Shown: positions 36,677-50,220, numbered from the whole stretch's first letter. The stretch is DNA of 63,913 nt, filler included, from Reticulomyxa filosa (GCA_000512085.1; 19 parts of 19 records of this genome joined end to end with filler, not necessarily neighbours in it), one strand, 5' to 3'. Made by a program: numbers and translations. The notes: generated by a model not told the origin, from the sequence alone.

Positions 36677-37994
36677 AAAACAAGGCTCAGAGGATTCGGT
36701 TGAGCATTAGCATTGCTCATCCGTACAACATTTGAGATTTGTTTTTTTCGATATTTTAAAGATTAATTACTTATTGATCTTTTCCTTTTTTGTTTTTCAT
36801 TAGAGTACTGTGTTCCTTTTGGGGCGAGGTGCTCATTTTAACTTGTCATTCTTGCTTAAAAAAAAAGTGGTCTTGTCGGCCTTTTCTTGGGTTTTAGGGT
36901 TTTCAGTAAAGCATTTAACAATGTGCAAAAGGCAGCTGATGGAGATGAGAAATCCGAAGAAAGTCAAACGATATCACAGATGTCAAATTTATCTACGTAA
37001 TTATGTCGACGAAATCAAGAAACGAAACAACAAGAAGTTTACAATCCTGTTGAGGAATGTTCCAGTTTGGAAGAGTGAAAAAGAATCAAATTGGTGGTAA
37101 AGCGATTCAACAGAATGCCAGCAGTCATGGTGACGTTGTCCGAATCTGGAGATGTGATGAAGATCCTTGATGATAAGGAGATTCAGATTGGATACGCGTC
37201 CTATATGACAAGAACAAGCCAAGATCAAAACTTCACTTCAAGCAAAGTAAATTGACTAAAAAAGAAACTATATTATTGAAGAAAAAAGATGCTTTGCAAA
37301 GCAGAAAACAAAAGAAAAGGTATAAGAGAACACATCAACAGATTTTATTCCAAGGCAGAAATATTAGAGCAAACTTGCATCATAAACAGCCCCATGTCGT
37401 TTATTGCAAGAAGATTAACATTTTATCATTGAGGGAAATTGAAATGCACCTCGATTTTATTGTATCCATATTATCAACTCATTAGATTTGATTACTGTCT
37501 TCTATTCTTCCATTTGTTAGCAATTGGAGGACAGATGATGTTGAATTGGATATGCACTCAGATCAAAACCACGTGGTCTTCACCACGAATTGAACGACAA
37601 AAGATTGAGACTTGGAATTTGAGAATTAACAAATGTGAACATTGAAAAGAAAATTGGATGCAATTTATTGAATCTTGGACCAAATGTGTTGTTGATGCTG
37701 GAGGCAACAAGCCATGGTGGAGTGACAGTCTAAGTCGATTACGAAAGAGCTGATTTCGTAAACAGAGAACACAAATATATAAAAAATCTGCCAACAATTG
37801 CGAATTTTTTTTTAAGCAAGAATGACAAGTTAAAATGAGCACCTCGCCCCAAAAGGAACACAGTACTCTAATGAAAAACAAAAAAGGAAAAGATCAATAA
37901 GTAATTAATCTTTAAAATATCGAAAAAAACAAATCTCAAATGTTGTACGGATGAGCAATGCTAATGCTCAACCGAATCCTCTGAGCCTTGTTTT
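36677..37994. repeat. Perfect 190-bp inverted repeat (36677-36866 / 37805-37994)
   Basis: Base-by-base reverse-complement identity. The left arm starts exactly at the contig end. Confidence 0.95.
36920..37800 (+). mobile_element. Degenerate non-LTR retrotransposon fragment
   Basis: 'KPWWSDSLSRLRK' motif typical of the endonuclease-RT linker. Many stops. Confidence 0.5.
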
Positions 37995-38339
37995 CGACTC
38001 AGGGAAATATTGAGATTCAATTCACATCTTTTAACAAAATTAAAGCAAACTAAAACAAAAAATAAAATTTAAACACTTATTAAAGAAAAACATGTGAATG
38101 TTGTTCGGCTTATTTAATGGAAAAGTTACTAACTTTTGTTCGATATTCTTTTTTATTAATATTATTTTGTTTCGGCTGCATGATAAAAAATTTTACTAGT
38201 TTAAAAAAAAATTTCTTTTTTTAGTATTTTCTTTGTATCTTTGTCTTTGTTTCTGTTTTCTTCACAATCGAAAATCGTTGTTGCAGTATCTAGTTGTTCT
38301 GTGCTTGTCTTCCTTCAAAATATAACTTTTTTTCAAAAG

Positions 38340-38475
38340 TTTATATCGATGATGAGAATACTTAATCAATGGATTGTCAAATGATGATAATGCTCCAGAG
38401 ATATATTGGATTAAAGGTCATTCTGGTATTCCTGGAAATGATAAAGTGGATTTTGTTGCAAATAATGCTCGTAAG
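38340..38475 (+). mobile_element. RNase H C-terminal relic of a non-LTR retrotransposon
   Basis: 'EIYWIKGHSGIPGNDKVDFVANNAR' fits the RNase H W.kgHsgi.GNe.aD motif. Confidence 0.85.
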
Positions 38476-39021
38476 AAGTGTCTTTTTTTTGTTTTTATGT
38501 TTAACTAGAAAGACCTGAATTTGTGCATGTAGCAAAAAGAAGTACAAGTTTATGATGAATCGAGAGAGTAGTCCAATACTTGACCCCACTGCAACCCATC
38601 TAAAAAAAATTTTATATACAATGGGATCAATAAATTTCATCCAATTATCAATCTCAATCTAAATTGTTCATGTATCAATCTTTTATCGTTAAATTCGTAG
38701 TGAAGATTGCCAATTACTAATCAATGGAAGAATAGACGATGGACACATTTGATGTTGCATTGTCTTTCATAAACGTGCAGTCAAATAGCAATGCAATCCA
38801 TTATACAAAATTTTTTTTTGAAGCTTTTGCACTGGGAGCGTGAAGGTGTCAGATTACTCATCACTGTTTTTTTTTGCCCTTTCTACATCCCCAAAGTGCA
38901 CAAAAGCAAGTTGAAAAAGCACCTGGTCCAAAATAGGACATGGCACTAAATAAAACAAAAGAAAAATACAAGTATAAAACAACCAATTAAATAATTTAAA
39001 AGAAACATTTGTACTAAAATT

Positions 39022-39496
39022 TTAAAAAAAAATTTCATAAAAAAATATCTTCCAGTTGCCACGATAAACTTCACAAGTTCGATGTGTTGAATTGAAAATC
39101 GGCAACAAATTCTTAATTGCTGCTCGCCATGTTTCTCTAAGTCCTTGATAATATGGACATTCCATCAGGAAATGCTCCACAGTTTCTTCTTCATTTTTAC
39201 ACCATTTGCAATCTGATGATCTTGAACAGGAATCCATTTAATCCCACTCTGCAAACATATCTGCGTTCGTGTACCTTGTTGCGAATCGCATTCACAGCAA
39301 ATTTACAATCAGAAGGAATTACTACTCTTTCATCTTTGTTCCTTGGATGACCAATCCTGCTCCTTCAAGTCCTGGATCTGGTCTGCAACTTCCGTCCAAA
39401 TATTGCAATTGTGCTTTCATCCAATGAATTTAAGATTTCTTCAGATGTCGGCTCTTTCCATTTCTCGAAAGGTGGAATGAGGAAGCTTCGTAATTT
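39022..39496 (-). mobile_element. Non-LTR retrotransposon 3' relic (RNase H plus C-terminal Zn motif), internally deleted
   Basis: 'PPFEKWKEPTSEEILNSLD..IAIF.DGSCRPDPG', 'SDCKFAVNAI' and 'CKWCKNEEETVEHFLMECP'. Confidence 0.85.
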
Positions 39497-39596
39497 NNNN
39501 NNNNNNNNNNNNNNNNNNNNNNNNNNNNNNNNNNNNNNNNTTAATTAATTAANNNNNNNNNNNNNNNNNNNNNNNNNNNNNNNNNNNNNNNNNNNN

Positions 39597-40640
39597 GACT
39601 ATTGGTTGAACAATCACTGTGAATGTTTTTATACTTGTACCAAGTACTTGTGCGAAATGGCTAAGTGTTATCATGCTTCTCCATATTCATCGAATGGCCA
39701 TCGCTCCAACAAGACTTGATCAAGTGGCATGCATCCCTACTGCGGCTTCATCCTCCTGGATGCAGTATCAACGCTACTGTCTTTGACAAGTTTGCTTAAA
39801 AGTTCGTGCAAACACCCCCCTTTTTTTTTATAAAAAAAATATGTATATATGTACATACATTTGTATATGTATTTTTAAATGCTTGGAATATGGGGAGAAA
39901 AGATAGAACCAACAATCAAAGACGTGAAGAGTGATTGTAAGCACAAAAGTGATAAGTGCCTTGCCAGGAATGAAAACTGCATTTAACGAGCAACATCAGT
40001 CTCACAATCGTTATACGTCTCACTCGGCTGCTTCTTGAAGCAGCTCCTTGGCCAAATTGTTCATTCTATCTTGCTCCGTGACACCGCTACTCTACCCCAA
40101 TCAAATCCATTGTCATTGCCGAGTCTCTCTTATCCATTCATAATAACAATAATAATAATAATAAAGATAATGTAAAAAACTTGGAGACAATAGCAGTGAA
40201 CCAAGACAAAGCAGGAAAGGAATAGTCAATTAAATCTCTGAATGGATAAGATGAGGAAGTTGAGTCAATTTTGATGCGACTGTACCAGATTTTGTGGTAC
40301 TCGCTAAAGCAGTGCAAAAAGCTGACGAAACCATATACGAGTGTATGCACAAGGAGTGGGCATTGAAATCATGTAGAAGAATCTGCAGTTGAAGCTTCTC
40401 ATTCGACGTATGAGCTTCCTCAAGTACTGATACGGAGACTGCACTACTGACAAGTCTTCTTCTTCTACCACTACAGTCATTCATGACAACAAGCTCTTTA
40501 CAAAAAGACAAGATGACGGTAAAAAAGAACTAGTTTTTCTCACGTCGCCCAAGTGTCACTGAGTTAGAATGTGACGTCATCGACTTTGGAGACAAATTAG
40601 CAAATCAAGACAAATATGAACTCGTCATATTTGTAATGAT
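39597..40640 (+). pseudogene. Possible decayed protein-coding sequence
   Basis: Coding-like GC content and an intron-like segment at 39790-39906, but stops in every frame. No family recognised. Confidence 0.3.
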
Positions 40641-41817
40641 TTCTATCTCAAGCAGTATCCTAAAAAAATAATGTTACATATATATGTGTATGCATATATT
40701 TGTATATATTGGTAATATTATTTGCTGAAATATAACAGATTCAAAAGTTCAAGATTGGGCCCTTTTTATGATTGAAACACTTGTTGTATTACGTCGTGCA
40801 AAGATATTGACAAAAAGTTGCAATCGCAAACGGTGAGACATATCGTCACAGATGACAAAGAAATGTCTTTGAAAGTATTAGCAAATACACCAATGAAGCC
40901 TCAATTGTCAATATGACATTCGTTTTTGCATTTTGTATTTTACATACTGTTATTGTTATTACTTTTTTGGAAATACCAAAAAAAACAAATAACTCAAAAC
41001 TAGAATTTTCTTCATGAGTTTTCTCTAGTTGTGTACTAAAGCTCATATTTTGTGGAATTATATTGTAGGAACACAAAACTATATCAAAATATATCATAAA
41101 ATAATACAAATCAATATAGTAATGCAGGACAACACAATACACATATAACTTCAATGAATTAAAGTAATACTACATTATCAATGCAACAAAGTATTGTAAA
41201 TATATTTCCACTGTTTTCCGTTGTAGAAATTAAAATAATGCAAAGATATTTGCGACAAATCAAAACACATATCCAATACTTCAACAAGTTAATACCTTTA
41301 TGGTCAATATAATTCAATATTCAAAATTCAATCATGATCTTTTTGTTCATATATACTAGAGATCGTGTGTAGTCCGAATCTGAAATCAGAATTCTTCTAT
41401 GACAAAAACAATTTAATATTAGTCATTGCAAGATAATCACATACAATTGAGTCATTTTCATTTAGTTTTATATTGTTGTTCAATTGACTTTATATCACAT
41501 TCCAATGCTAATATGTTTTTTATATTTATTTATTAATTGCTCTGATTCATGTCAGATTTTATCGGGAAATGTTAGTAATTTGATTTTTTGTATTGGGGCT
41601 TTAGTGTTTGTATTCAATCTTTNNNNNNNNNNNNNNNNNNNNNNNNNNNNNNNNNNNNNNNNNNNNTTAATTAATTAANNNNNNNNNNNNNNNNNNNNNN
41701 NNNNNNNNNNNNNNNNNNNNNNCAAATGAAACAAAATTGTATAATCAAATGATTAATGGTAATAATGATGATGATGATGATGATGATGATGAATGGTGAC
41801 TTTGGAATTATTAACAG

Positions 41818-42234
41818 AGAAAACAGTATTGTTTGCCAACGGCAATCTATTTTTCAAAAAAAACGGATGCTCCGATTATATTTGGCGAGGACGCTCTGAA
41901 AATGCTGCCAATGGACCCTCAGAATGTAATTTATGATGTGAAGCGACTTCTCGGCCGTCGCATGGACGACCTCGAAATGGTCCAATTTCAGGACGCTCAC
42001 ATGTTCAAGGTGATCGGAGATACGTATCCGCGCATTTGGGTTCCCAATCACAAAATGTGGATATCCCCGGAACAAGTGCTTGCCGTCGTGCTGGTCCACT
42101 TGATGCAAATGGCCTCCCTCCATTTCCAAGCGCCTTATATTCGGGATGTGGTTGTATCCATCCCTGCCTATTTCCACAACGCACAAAGAAAGTCTGTTCG
42201 AAGTGCATGTCACTTGGCAGGTATTTTGAATCTC

Positions 42235-42265
<31 letters not shown>

Positions 42266-42935
42266 CAATAAAATAATGATATACAAAGGATTAAACCTGT
42301 TGAAACTAGTTGTGGAGCCAACAGCAGCTGCGCTGGCACACTCGTATTACAGTGCCACTCCGGATGACAATTACAAGCAGTTTTTGACATTTGATTGTGG
42401 CGGAGGGACCACAGATTGCAGTATCATGTCGTGTTCTGGTATAGACTGTAGGTATGTGTTTTGTTTTACATTAACATATATACATATATATATATATATA
42501 CATATATACATCTATACATCATGACATGATGAAACAGACTCTACATTTTATTGCAATAGGGTGTTAGGGACGGAAGGTAATAGCAGTCTTGGAGGCATCG
42601 ACTTTGACGGTGTGATCCAAGAACTTCTGTTTGAAAAGTTCAGGGACGAACACGGATGGACCACCGCAAATGCGGAAATGAAAGCACAGATTATAAGAGA
42701 GTCGGAGAAAGTGAAACGATCGTTGACGGAGAACGACCACGAAACGGTGAGTTTGAAATACAACGACGTTTACTTTTCGGTGAAGATCACTCGAGAGGAG
42801 TTCGAAACGCATCCGCGCACACTGGCGTTGGTGCAGCAAGCCATCGACACTGTAAAGCGTGCTATTGCAAATGCGCGCATGGAAAAGCGTTCTGGGATGA
42901 CAGATGTGCCTCTGCTCAAGTCCAACATTCGAATG
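41818..42935 (+). CDS. Divergent Hsp70-family ATPase domain (3 internal exons)
   Basis: 'DVKRLLGR', 'SPEQV', 'VVSIPAYFHNAQR', 'AG|LNLLKLVVEPTAAA', 'FDCGGGTTDCS', 'LGGIDFD', 'EKVKRSL', 'ITREEFE'. Introns ~42221-42288 and ~42453-42560. Confidence 0.92.
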
Positions 42936-43575
42936 GTTAGTTGTTATATATATATATATATATATNNNNNNNNNNNNNNNNNNNNNNNNNNNNNNNNNNN
43001 NNNNNNNNNTTAATTAATTAANNNNNNNNNNNNNNNNNNNNNNNNNNNNNNNNNNNNNNNNNNNNACAGCCTCAACCCGTCCAACAAAAAATAAAAAAAA
43101 GTATACGTCCTCCTCAACATCCACTCCAAAGAAAAATTTAGGGGTTGAAGCTACCCCGTGTTTAAATAAAAATTAAATAGTTTTAATTTTTTATTTTTTT
43201 ATTTTTTATTTGAGACTTAGATGGGTAGGGAAAATGTGGAAAAGAAAAAGGGAAAAATGTTTGGGAAAAAATTATAGTGAAAAAATAAGGGGGGAAAAAA
43301 TGGATAGAAAAAGAGAAAAAAATTTTATTTGAGAAAAGGGATAGAAAATTTTATTTAAGAAAAGGGGGAAAAATTGTTTGAGAAAAATGAAAAAAAAAAT
43401 TAAAAATGAAAACAAGAAAAAAAAAAAGAAAAGATGACAATTGGGGAAAAAAGTAAAAATTAAAAAAAAGATGACAAAGAGAAAGAAATAAAAAAATATC
43501 ATAATGGAAAAAAAAAGAGAAAAAAAGATAACAAAGGAAAAAAAGTGTAGGGAAATGAAAAAGAAGATGGGACAA

Positions 43576-44871
43576 CCTGGATCTTGGTGCTGACTACAAA
43601 ATCAAGCTTACCAAGAAAAAAAAAAATGACTTGACGATCTCGCACAAAGTGGTAACGATACCAACATTATGGCGGCAGAGATTAGATCGATAAAAGAAGT
43701 TGAACCAATGAAGAAGATAACGATGACGTTGTTAGAAAATGATCACGCGATGGTCGAGCAAATCACTACGTTTGAAGAATTGCTTTATGTGCAATTGGTC
43801 CAATTTGGTGGAGGAATTATGCGAAACGAAGCCAAGATCACTGGCAAAAAGGAGAAGAAGAAGTAAAGAAAGGGGCTTTCAAGAGTTCGGTGAGAGCTAT
43901 ACTGCGCTGGTTTGTTTTTATCTATATAAAAAACGTTTCTAGGCGTTGCTGCGTTTGATTATGGAATGGCTCTTTACTCACACGATTGGCGATTTTGTGC
44001 GCTTTCAGATATGGACGGACTTCACATAGCGCTCGCCAATGAAACTGCTGGATGAGTGTGGCGATGTCAATGCAGTGGCGACCTAAATCATTGGAAAGAC
44101 TTGTGTATTCATACGTTGATAGCGAACAAGTCTATGTTTCTTATTCAGCAACAGGAGCAGTTAATAGAATCCGATCTGACGCTGCAACTCTACAAAAGAT
44201 GGCAAAGCATTAAAAAGGATGTGGAACTGCGATTCACAGGCGTCAAGTATAAAAAGTCTTGTGAAATAACCAACAAAACAAAAAGGATACAAACATCAAT
44301 GGTTCCTTTACGACATTTTGGTTATTTGCGATATCTCATTCATTTGCACTTCATATAATGAACACTGTGCACAAATTCGCCAATTTACACGTGTGTTCAT
44401 ACCTACTCACAACGCAAGATTTTTTTTTTAAAAAAACGATAATGGATACGTGTGTATATAGAGACAGATGCGAACAAAAAAGCAAAAACTGGTTGGTAGC
44501 GGTAATAGCATTGTGCAAGCCGTTTGTGGTATGTACATGATACCTTGCATAACGGGAAAAGCGCGGCCTGCTTTCGCTGATTTCGTATGCAATGGTAGTG
44601 CTCGTAAGTGGATTTTTGTTGACAATGTTGTTGGACGTTCGCTATCATGTTTCAATAACAGATACACAACAACGACGACATGCCAGGCAAGACGCAGATC
44701 TCTTCCATGGATTCAAGCAGTGGAAACATTGGAAATGAGGTGGTACGTCGTCCAATTCCAACGGCACCGAAAGAAAGAGCTAATAATAGCGAAATCAGAG
44801 TCGGGACACAAAGAAATTGTATTTGGAAATGTTAGCAAGACAGCAAAACGGCTGCCGATGAACAAGAAAAA
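43576..44871 (+). pseudogene. Fragmented coding-like sequence of unknown family
   Basis: Short ORFs 43669-43866, 44056-44358 and 44468-44871 with intervening stops. No motif recognised. Confidence 0.3.
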
Positions 44872-45330
44872 NNNNNNNNNNNNNNNNNNNNNNNNNNNNN
44901 NNNNNNNNNNNNNNNTTAATTAATTAANNNNNNNNNNNNNNNNNNNNNNNNNNNNNNNNNNNNNNNNNNNNCACAAAATATCTTTTTTAAAAACTCGAAG
45001 CCTAGACACATTTATTGATGCCAGTATTTAAAATAATATTCACCATTTGTTTTTGTAGCTGTCTATATGATTATTTTAAAAAGCGGAAATTTTTTCTTTT
45101 TGAAAACCTTTAAATATAACGTATTTTCGCAAGGAGAATCTGATTTTGTTATTATTTCTTGGTTTGGACGATTTTTTTATTTTTCCTAAAGAAAATTCTT
45201 AAAGGGACCATAGGGGCTCGAACCTAGGGTTTTTAAAAAAAATTTCTCAATTCAAAGTTTTTAAAGTTCCTTTTCATAATTTGTTTTTGCATTAAAGCCA
45301 TAAAGCTTTATTTGTTGTTATTTATTGAAA

Positions 45331-46950
45331 ATGTGTGACCACCAAACCCCCAAGAAGCAGGAGCAAGTCCCAAAGAAAAAAAAAGAAGAAGTTATGTCTT
45401 TTATTTATTTAATTAATATTTCTTTATTTGAAAACGGATAGAGGTCTCCGACTTTTCGCAAATGAGAAAAATAATTAAATAAAAAATATTTTTTAGCCTG
45501 CCGACTGTGGAATCTGTTTGCGGAAATCTGGGATCGACGGGCCCTTGACTGTTGCTCCTTGTGGTTCCCACAGACCCCACGTCTTCCACCACGAATGCCT
45601 TTGCCGTTGGGTCGATTCCAAAGAACCAAAAACTTGTCCTTATTGCAAAGGGGTGTTTTTACATTGGTATTGTCCTGGCTGTCCTGGTTGCGGTTTTACC
45701 AGCGGTGGGCACGAGGACGCTCTTTGGCGCGACCGGGCTCAAGTCCAAGACGAAATTTTGAGAACCCAAAATCGTATTAAGAAATTAAAAAGGATGGTGA
45801 AAACCTGGAGTTACAGGCCAGGGACGCGAAAGAGCAAGCAATCCGCGAGCGACAAGTTTTTTATACGTTTTATACGTTTTTGTCTAGTTGAATTTTTTTA
45901 ACTGTTTGAATTTTTTTTTATTTCAATAGTGGCAGTCCTATATGAGCCTGAAAAAGAAAGCGCAGAAGGTCCGGGCCGAACGGAAAGAGTTTTTAATTAT
46001 CGCCGACCCAAACTCCACCAAAGAAGTTTCGTTTTTTATTTTTGTCTAGTCGATAATTTTTTTTTTTAACTTGTTGAATTTTTTTTTAGGAAAAAGACGA
46101 TGCGGAGAACGAGCTGGCTTATTTAAAGGACTGGTCCTGTGACCGAATGTCATTCGAGCCCTGTGTGCCTGGTTTCAATCCAGAGACGATGTTGGGACAG
46201 GCTCATTTGGAACTATTCGAAGCCTTTGCAGAAGGGTGGAAAGAGAGTGCTCCGAAACTCTACAAAGAAAAAAGAAACAAGATCATCAATAAATATTGTC
46301 ATGGTCTCAAACCAAGCACCCAACGTCATTTCGAAAGCGAGTTTGGTTATGATGGTCAAGCCGATGACGAGGAAACCGAAACCGACGACGAAACTAGGGA
46401 AAGACAAAATCGACAATTGGAAGATGAAGAAATGCGCGACCTACATGAAGAAACGGCAGTGCGTCGGAACCTCATGTCTTCATCATCTGACAGAGAGATT
46501 GTGGTGGATTTGACGTCGGACATTCCCGAACCTGACGATCCGGCACTCCGTTTACCCAGAGATAGTTTGGAGCTCCTTAATGAAGCTAAGGAGGAGCAGA
46601 AAACTAATGTTATTAATCAGCCTTCGCCAGCTATTCCAACGACTGGCACATTCTCCAACATTCCACCGTCGTCAGGTCTGCTCGCACCAACCCTTCCCAT
46701 TTGGCCTCACCAGACCCGTTCTCGCCGAAGTGGTGGGTTTGCTCCTGCTGGTCGTACTCGTGGTGCTCGTATGCAACCAAGCTCCAGCGAAGCTCCACCT
46801 TTATTTTCTGGGACATCATTGACGTCTCATTACACCGAACACCGTCGGAACCAGAGCATAGACGCGAGTTCAAACAACGATGCTGGCCAGACAACGGAAA
46901 AAGCCCTCGTAATCCTCGTCATCAAGCACAAGAGAGGAGCGTTTTTTTAG
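45331..46950 (+). CDS. RING-H2 finger protein with coiled coil and disordered tail (spliced)
   Basis: 'CGICL...PCGSHRPHVFHHECLCRWV...CPYC'. Exons join in phase 0 through introns 45856-45929 and 46026-46089 into ORF 46147-46950, after a 1-bp fix at the A-run ~45787. Confidence 0.75.
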
Positions 46951-48373
46951 GGGAGAAGATTGAAAAAAGATTTTTCCCTTTATGGGCTCTTCAATTTTTT
47001 GTTTTTTTTACCAGGCTTTTTTTAAAGCCAATCTTGTTGTTGTTTTGCAGTAAGTACCTTTGTCGATTCTTTTTTCTTTTTGTTTTCTTTTTCAATTGAC
47101 ATTTAGCCTTGGGCCAGGCTTCGCAAAACATTTTTGGCCTTGTGAAAACATTTTTTCTTTATAAAAACTTCAGCAAAAATTAATTTTTTCTTCAATGTCT
47201 TTTTAAAATAATTCTTGGCGAGAAAAACAGCCCCAGTATGACACGGGTTTCGCTTCTGTGGGACGAACCTGCTCAACCCTTTATTTTTCAGCTTTTGCTC
47301 TTAACACTGTCTTAATAATAATAACATTTAAAAAATAAGAAAAAATTTTTCGAAATATTTTTCCTTGGGTCTTGCCCAAATCATTATCTAAAAATTATTT
47401 AAAATAACGCATTTAGCTTTTCATTATTTTGTACGCACATTTTCTATAAAGACAACTTGAAGATAATATTTTTTTCTTGTTATGAAAGCCCTCCACGTCG
47501 GGTCTCGCTTTTTGGGACCAACCCGCTCAACCCTTCTAACGTGCTAGGTCTTTTCCCCTTAGTTTACCCTACCCCATAGGCCTTTTTAATATTATAGGTA
47601 TTCGGTCATAGGCCTACCCCAATAAGCTAACCTTTTGTTTCTAGGACACTTTCTTTTAGTAGGCCTTTTTCCCCTCATAGGGTATCTGCTCTTAGGTAGG
47701 GTTTCCCTGCTAGTAGGCCCTCAACCTAGTAAGCCTAGCCCACAAGGGTAATTTTCCTAGTAGGGTATTCGACCGTAGGCCACTTTTTCCCAATAGGCAT
47801 CTGTTTTATAGTATGTGGATATTCGGTCCTAGGGCACCTTCCCTCTTAGTTATGTGTCGTTCAGGGGCTCAGTCCTCGAATGAATAAGAATTCTTGCGGC
47901 TTTCGCTACCCTTCACTCCTTTTAAAAAATATATGTCTTTTTTTTTTAGTCCTTGGCGTTCATACGTCCATTCGGTATCGATACTTGTTAACACAAGGAT
48001 CTCCTCCTCAGTCCTCAATCTCTTTTTCCTCTTTGTCCGAATCCTGGTTTTCACTTTACTCGGGCGAATCCTACCCAAAAATCCCTGTATTTTCAATGTT
48101 TTTTCCCAGTCCTAGATTTCACTTTACTTTCTCAACCTATTTTTGGTTTATATATATATATCATTCATCCCAGCGGCTTCATATATCACTATGGGTCAAA
48201 AAAGGACTCTGTCGTTGCGGAATTGGGTGGTGGTCGGGGCTGCGGAGGTATGTAGGGTCNNNNNNNNNNNNNNNNNNNNNNNNNNNNNNNNNNNNNNNNN
48301 NNNTTAATTAATTAANNNNNNNNNNNNNNNNNNNNNNNNNNNNNNNNNNNNNNNNNNNNAAAAAAAAAAAAAG

Positions 48374-48918
48374 GATTTTTGTCAAGTGAAAGGTGTGTCC
48401 GATCATATAACGCAACAAGTGCTGGCACATATAGAATACTATTACAGATCGAACATCTCTGCAAATAACAATCTATGGGCGGCATTGCCGGCACATATGC
48501 AATTGAAAATAGTCGGAGAGGCAACGACCTCGAAACAGATACGTCCGGCACGTATAATTGTGAAGTCGCTGTTTAGCAATATGATTGACGACGATGAACT
48601 TCTCGGATTGCTGGCGTTGCGACTCAAGTCGATATTTTGCGTCGATTATTTATTCCACAAAGGGGATTACTTTAAAGCCATTTATGTCCACAAGTCCGGC
48701 TATTGTGTCAAGTACAAAACCTACTCCAGACATCAATATCGACAGTTTCTCGAATGTAATGCAAGCCGACTAAGGCAAGGGAAGAAGCCGCTATGTGCTG
48801 AACAGCAATTGGACGGCACTCGAGTTTTAAAAGGAGACGTATTTGGCGGTCCGTACGTATACGTTTATTTATATTATATATTTATTTATGTATTTAATAT
48901 TTGTTTATTTTGTTGGAA

Positions 48919-48954
<36 letters not shown>

Positions 48955-49525
48955 TTTAGGCTTTCGACAAAAAACGCATGGCGAAGAAGTTGATTTGAAT
49001 AAGGCCATGTGCACTCTAAAGTGTGAGGATCCTTGTGAATTTTATGTGTTAAATGAAAGTGACGTAGTTGACGTAATAAGTCACGTGTACTTGATTGACG
49101 ACAAAGAAAGAGACTCGCTCATTGATGCAATCACTCGCCGAAAATATTGCGATCGAAACATTTTTGTGTACAAAAACGAAATAAAGAAAAGATCCCGTAA
49201 AAAGTTGGAAACTACGTTTAATTTGAAAATTGGGACTCTCCCCAAAATCATAGAGCCACTCTATCCTCTAAACCTTCGGGTCAACGAAAACGCCACACGT
49301 TTACGCATCTATGACGAAGAGATGATAAATCGCCAGCGAATCAGGCGTAAACAAAAACGCAAGACAAAAGGAGATACTGACAATAAAGACTCCAATGATC
49401 AACCTGGTTTGACTTTTTTTTTGTTTTGTTTTCTCCTTCTTTTTTTTAAGATGGAGGCTTTGTTACGTATACATGCCATAATGTGAAATAATTTAGATGA
49501 CCCCAAAATAGAACTGAGTCCATAA
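48374..49525 (+). CDS. C-linker plus cyclic-nucleotide-binding domain of a CNG/KCNH-like channel (5' partial)
   Basis: 'FCQVKGVSDHITQQVLAHIEYYY', 'LPAHMQLKI', 'LALRLK', 'LFHKGD..AIYVHKSG', 'GDVFG', 'CEFYVL'. Confidence 0.75.
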
Positions 49526-50220
49526 GTGGATTTCCCTCTGCCTTTTCTCCTTTCTCGTTTTCTTCAAGTTTTGTTTGTTTTTTTTTTGCTTTTGTAATCC
49601 AAAGAGTTGTACTTATTTGTCACACGTTTTTGATTGATAGTTCTTATTCCTCTTATGCACGGAAAATCAAAGAGAAGGAAAAAAGTGGCATCACAAACAT
49701 GGCCCCGAACAGACGCAATGGACTGTAAGGGTGTTGACGTCACAGTAAATTTATGTGCAAGTTTTATTTATTTTTAGAACATCGTTTCGATTTTCAAATC
49801 ACAGTGAATAGAGAAAATTGTCGCAATTTTATTAAGCAAGCTTTCGTAAAAAGTTCAGCAGGGATTGAATTTCAAAAAAATTTGGTTATACTTTTAAAAA
49901 GAGGAAAGGAACATTGGATAAAGCAAATGTATGATGAATTAGTCAAAAATTTTTGTGTGTGATGGCTTATTCTGTTTTTTCCCTTGTTCCTGCCTTTAGG
50001 GCTTTCTTTCCTTGCCTAGTTGACTAATGTAACTTCAAAAACAATCGAACTTACAAACGAAAAAAGCATTGGCATTTTTAGGCTACCACAAATGAAAAAA
50101 TGATGCTGTCTGTTAAAGACACCAAAATAAGGAAATTTACTAGGTCTTCTCAGTTAAATGAACTTTAACTTTTTTGGGTGAATCAAAGGGCTGAAGAAAA
50201 ATATTAATAGATAAATATAA

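Noticed and set aside
39597-40640. Alternative genetic code (stop readthrough) to explain in-frame stops
   Set aside because: Other genes end normally with TAA, TAG and TGA, and this region also has frameshifts.
43066-43575. Purine-rich A/G tract with Phe-rich antisense ORFs
   Set aside because: Looks like low-quality read-end or low-complexity sequence; the ORFs are compositional artefacts.
45205-45232. tRNA-like T-loop (GGTTCGAGCC on the minus strand)
   Set aside because: No acceptor, D or anticodon arms can be formed around it.
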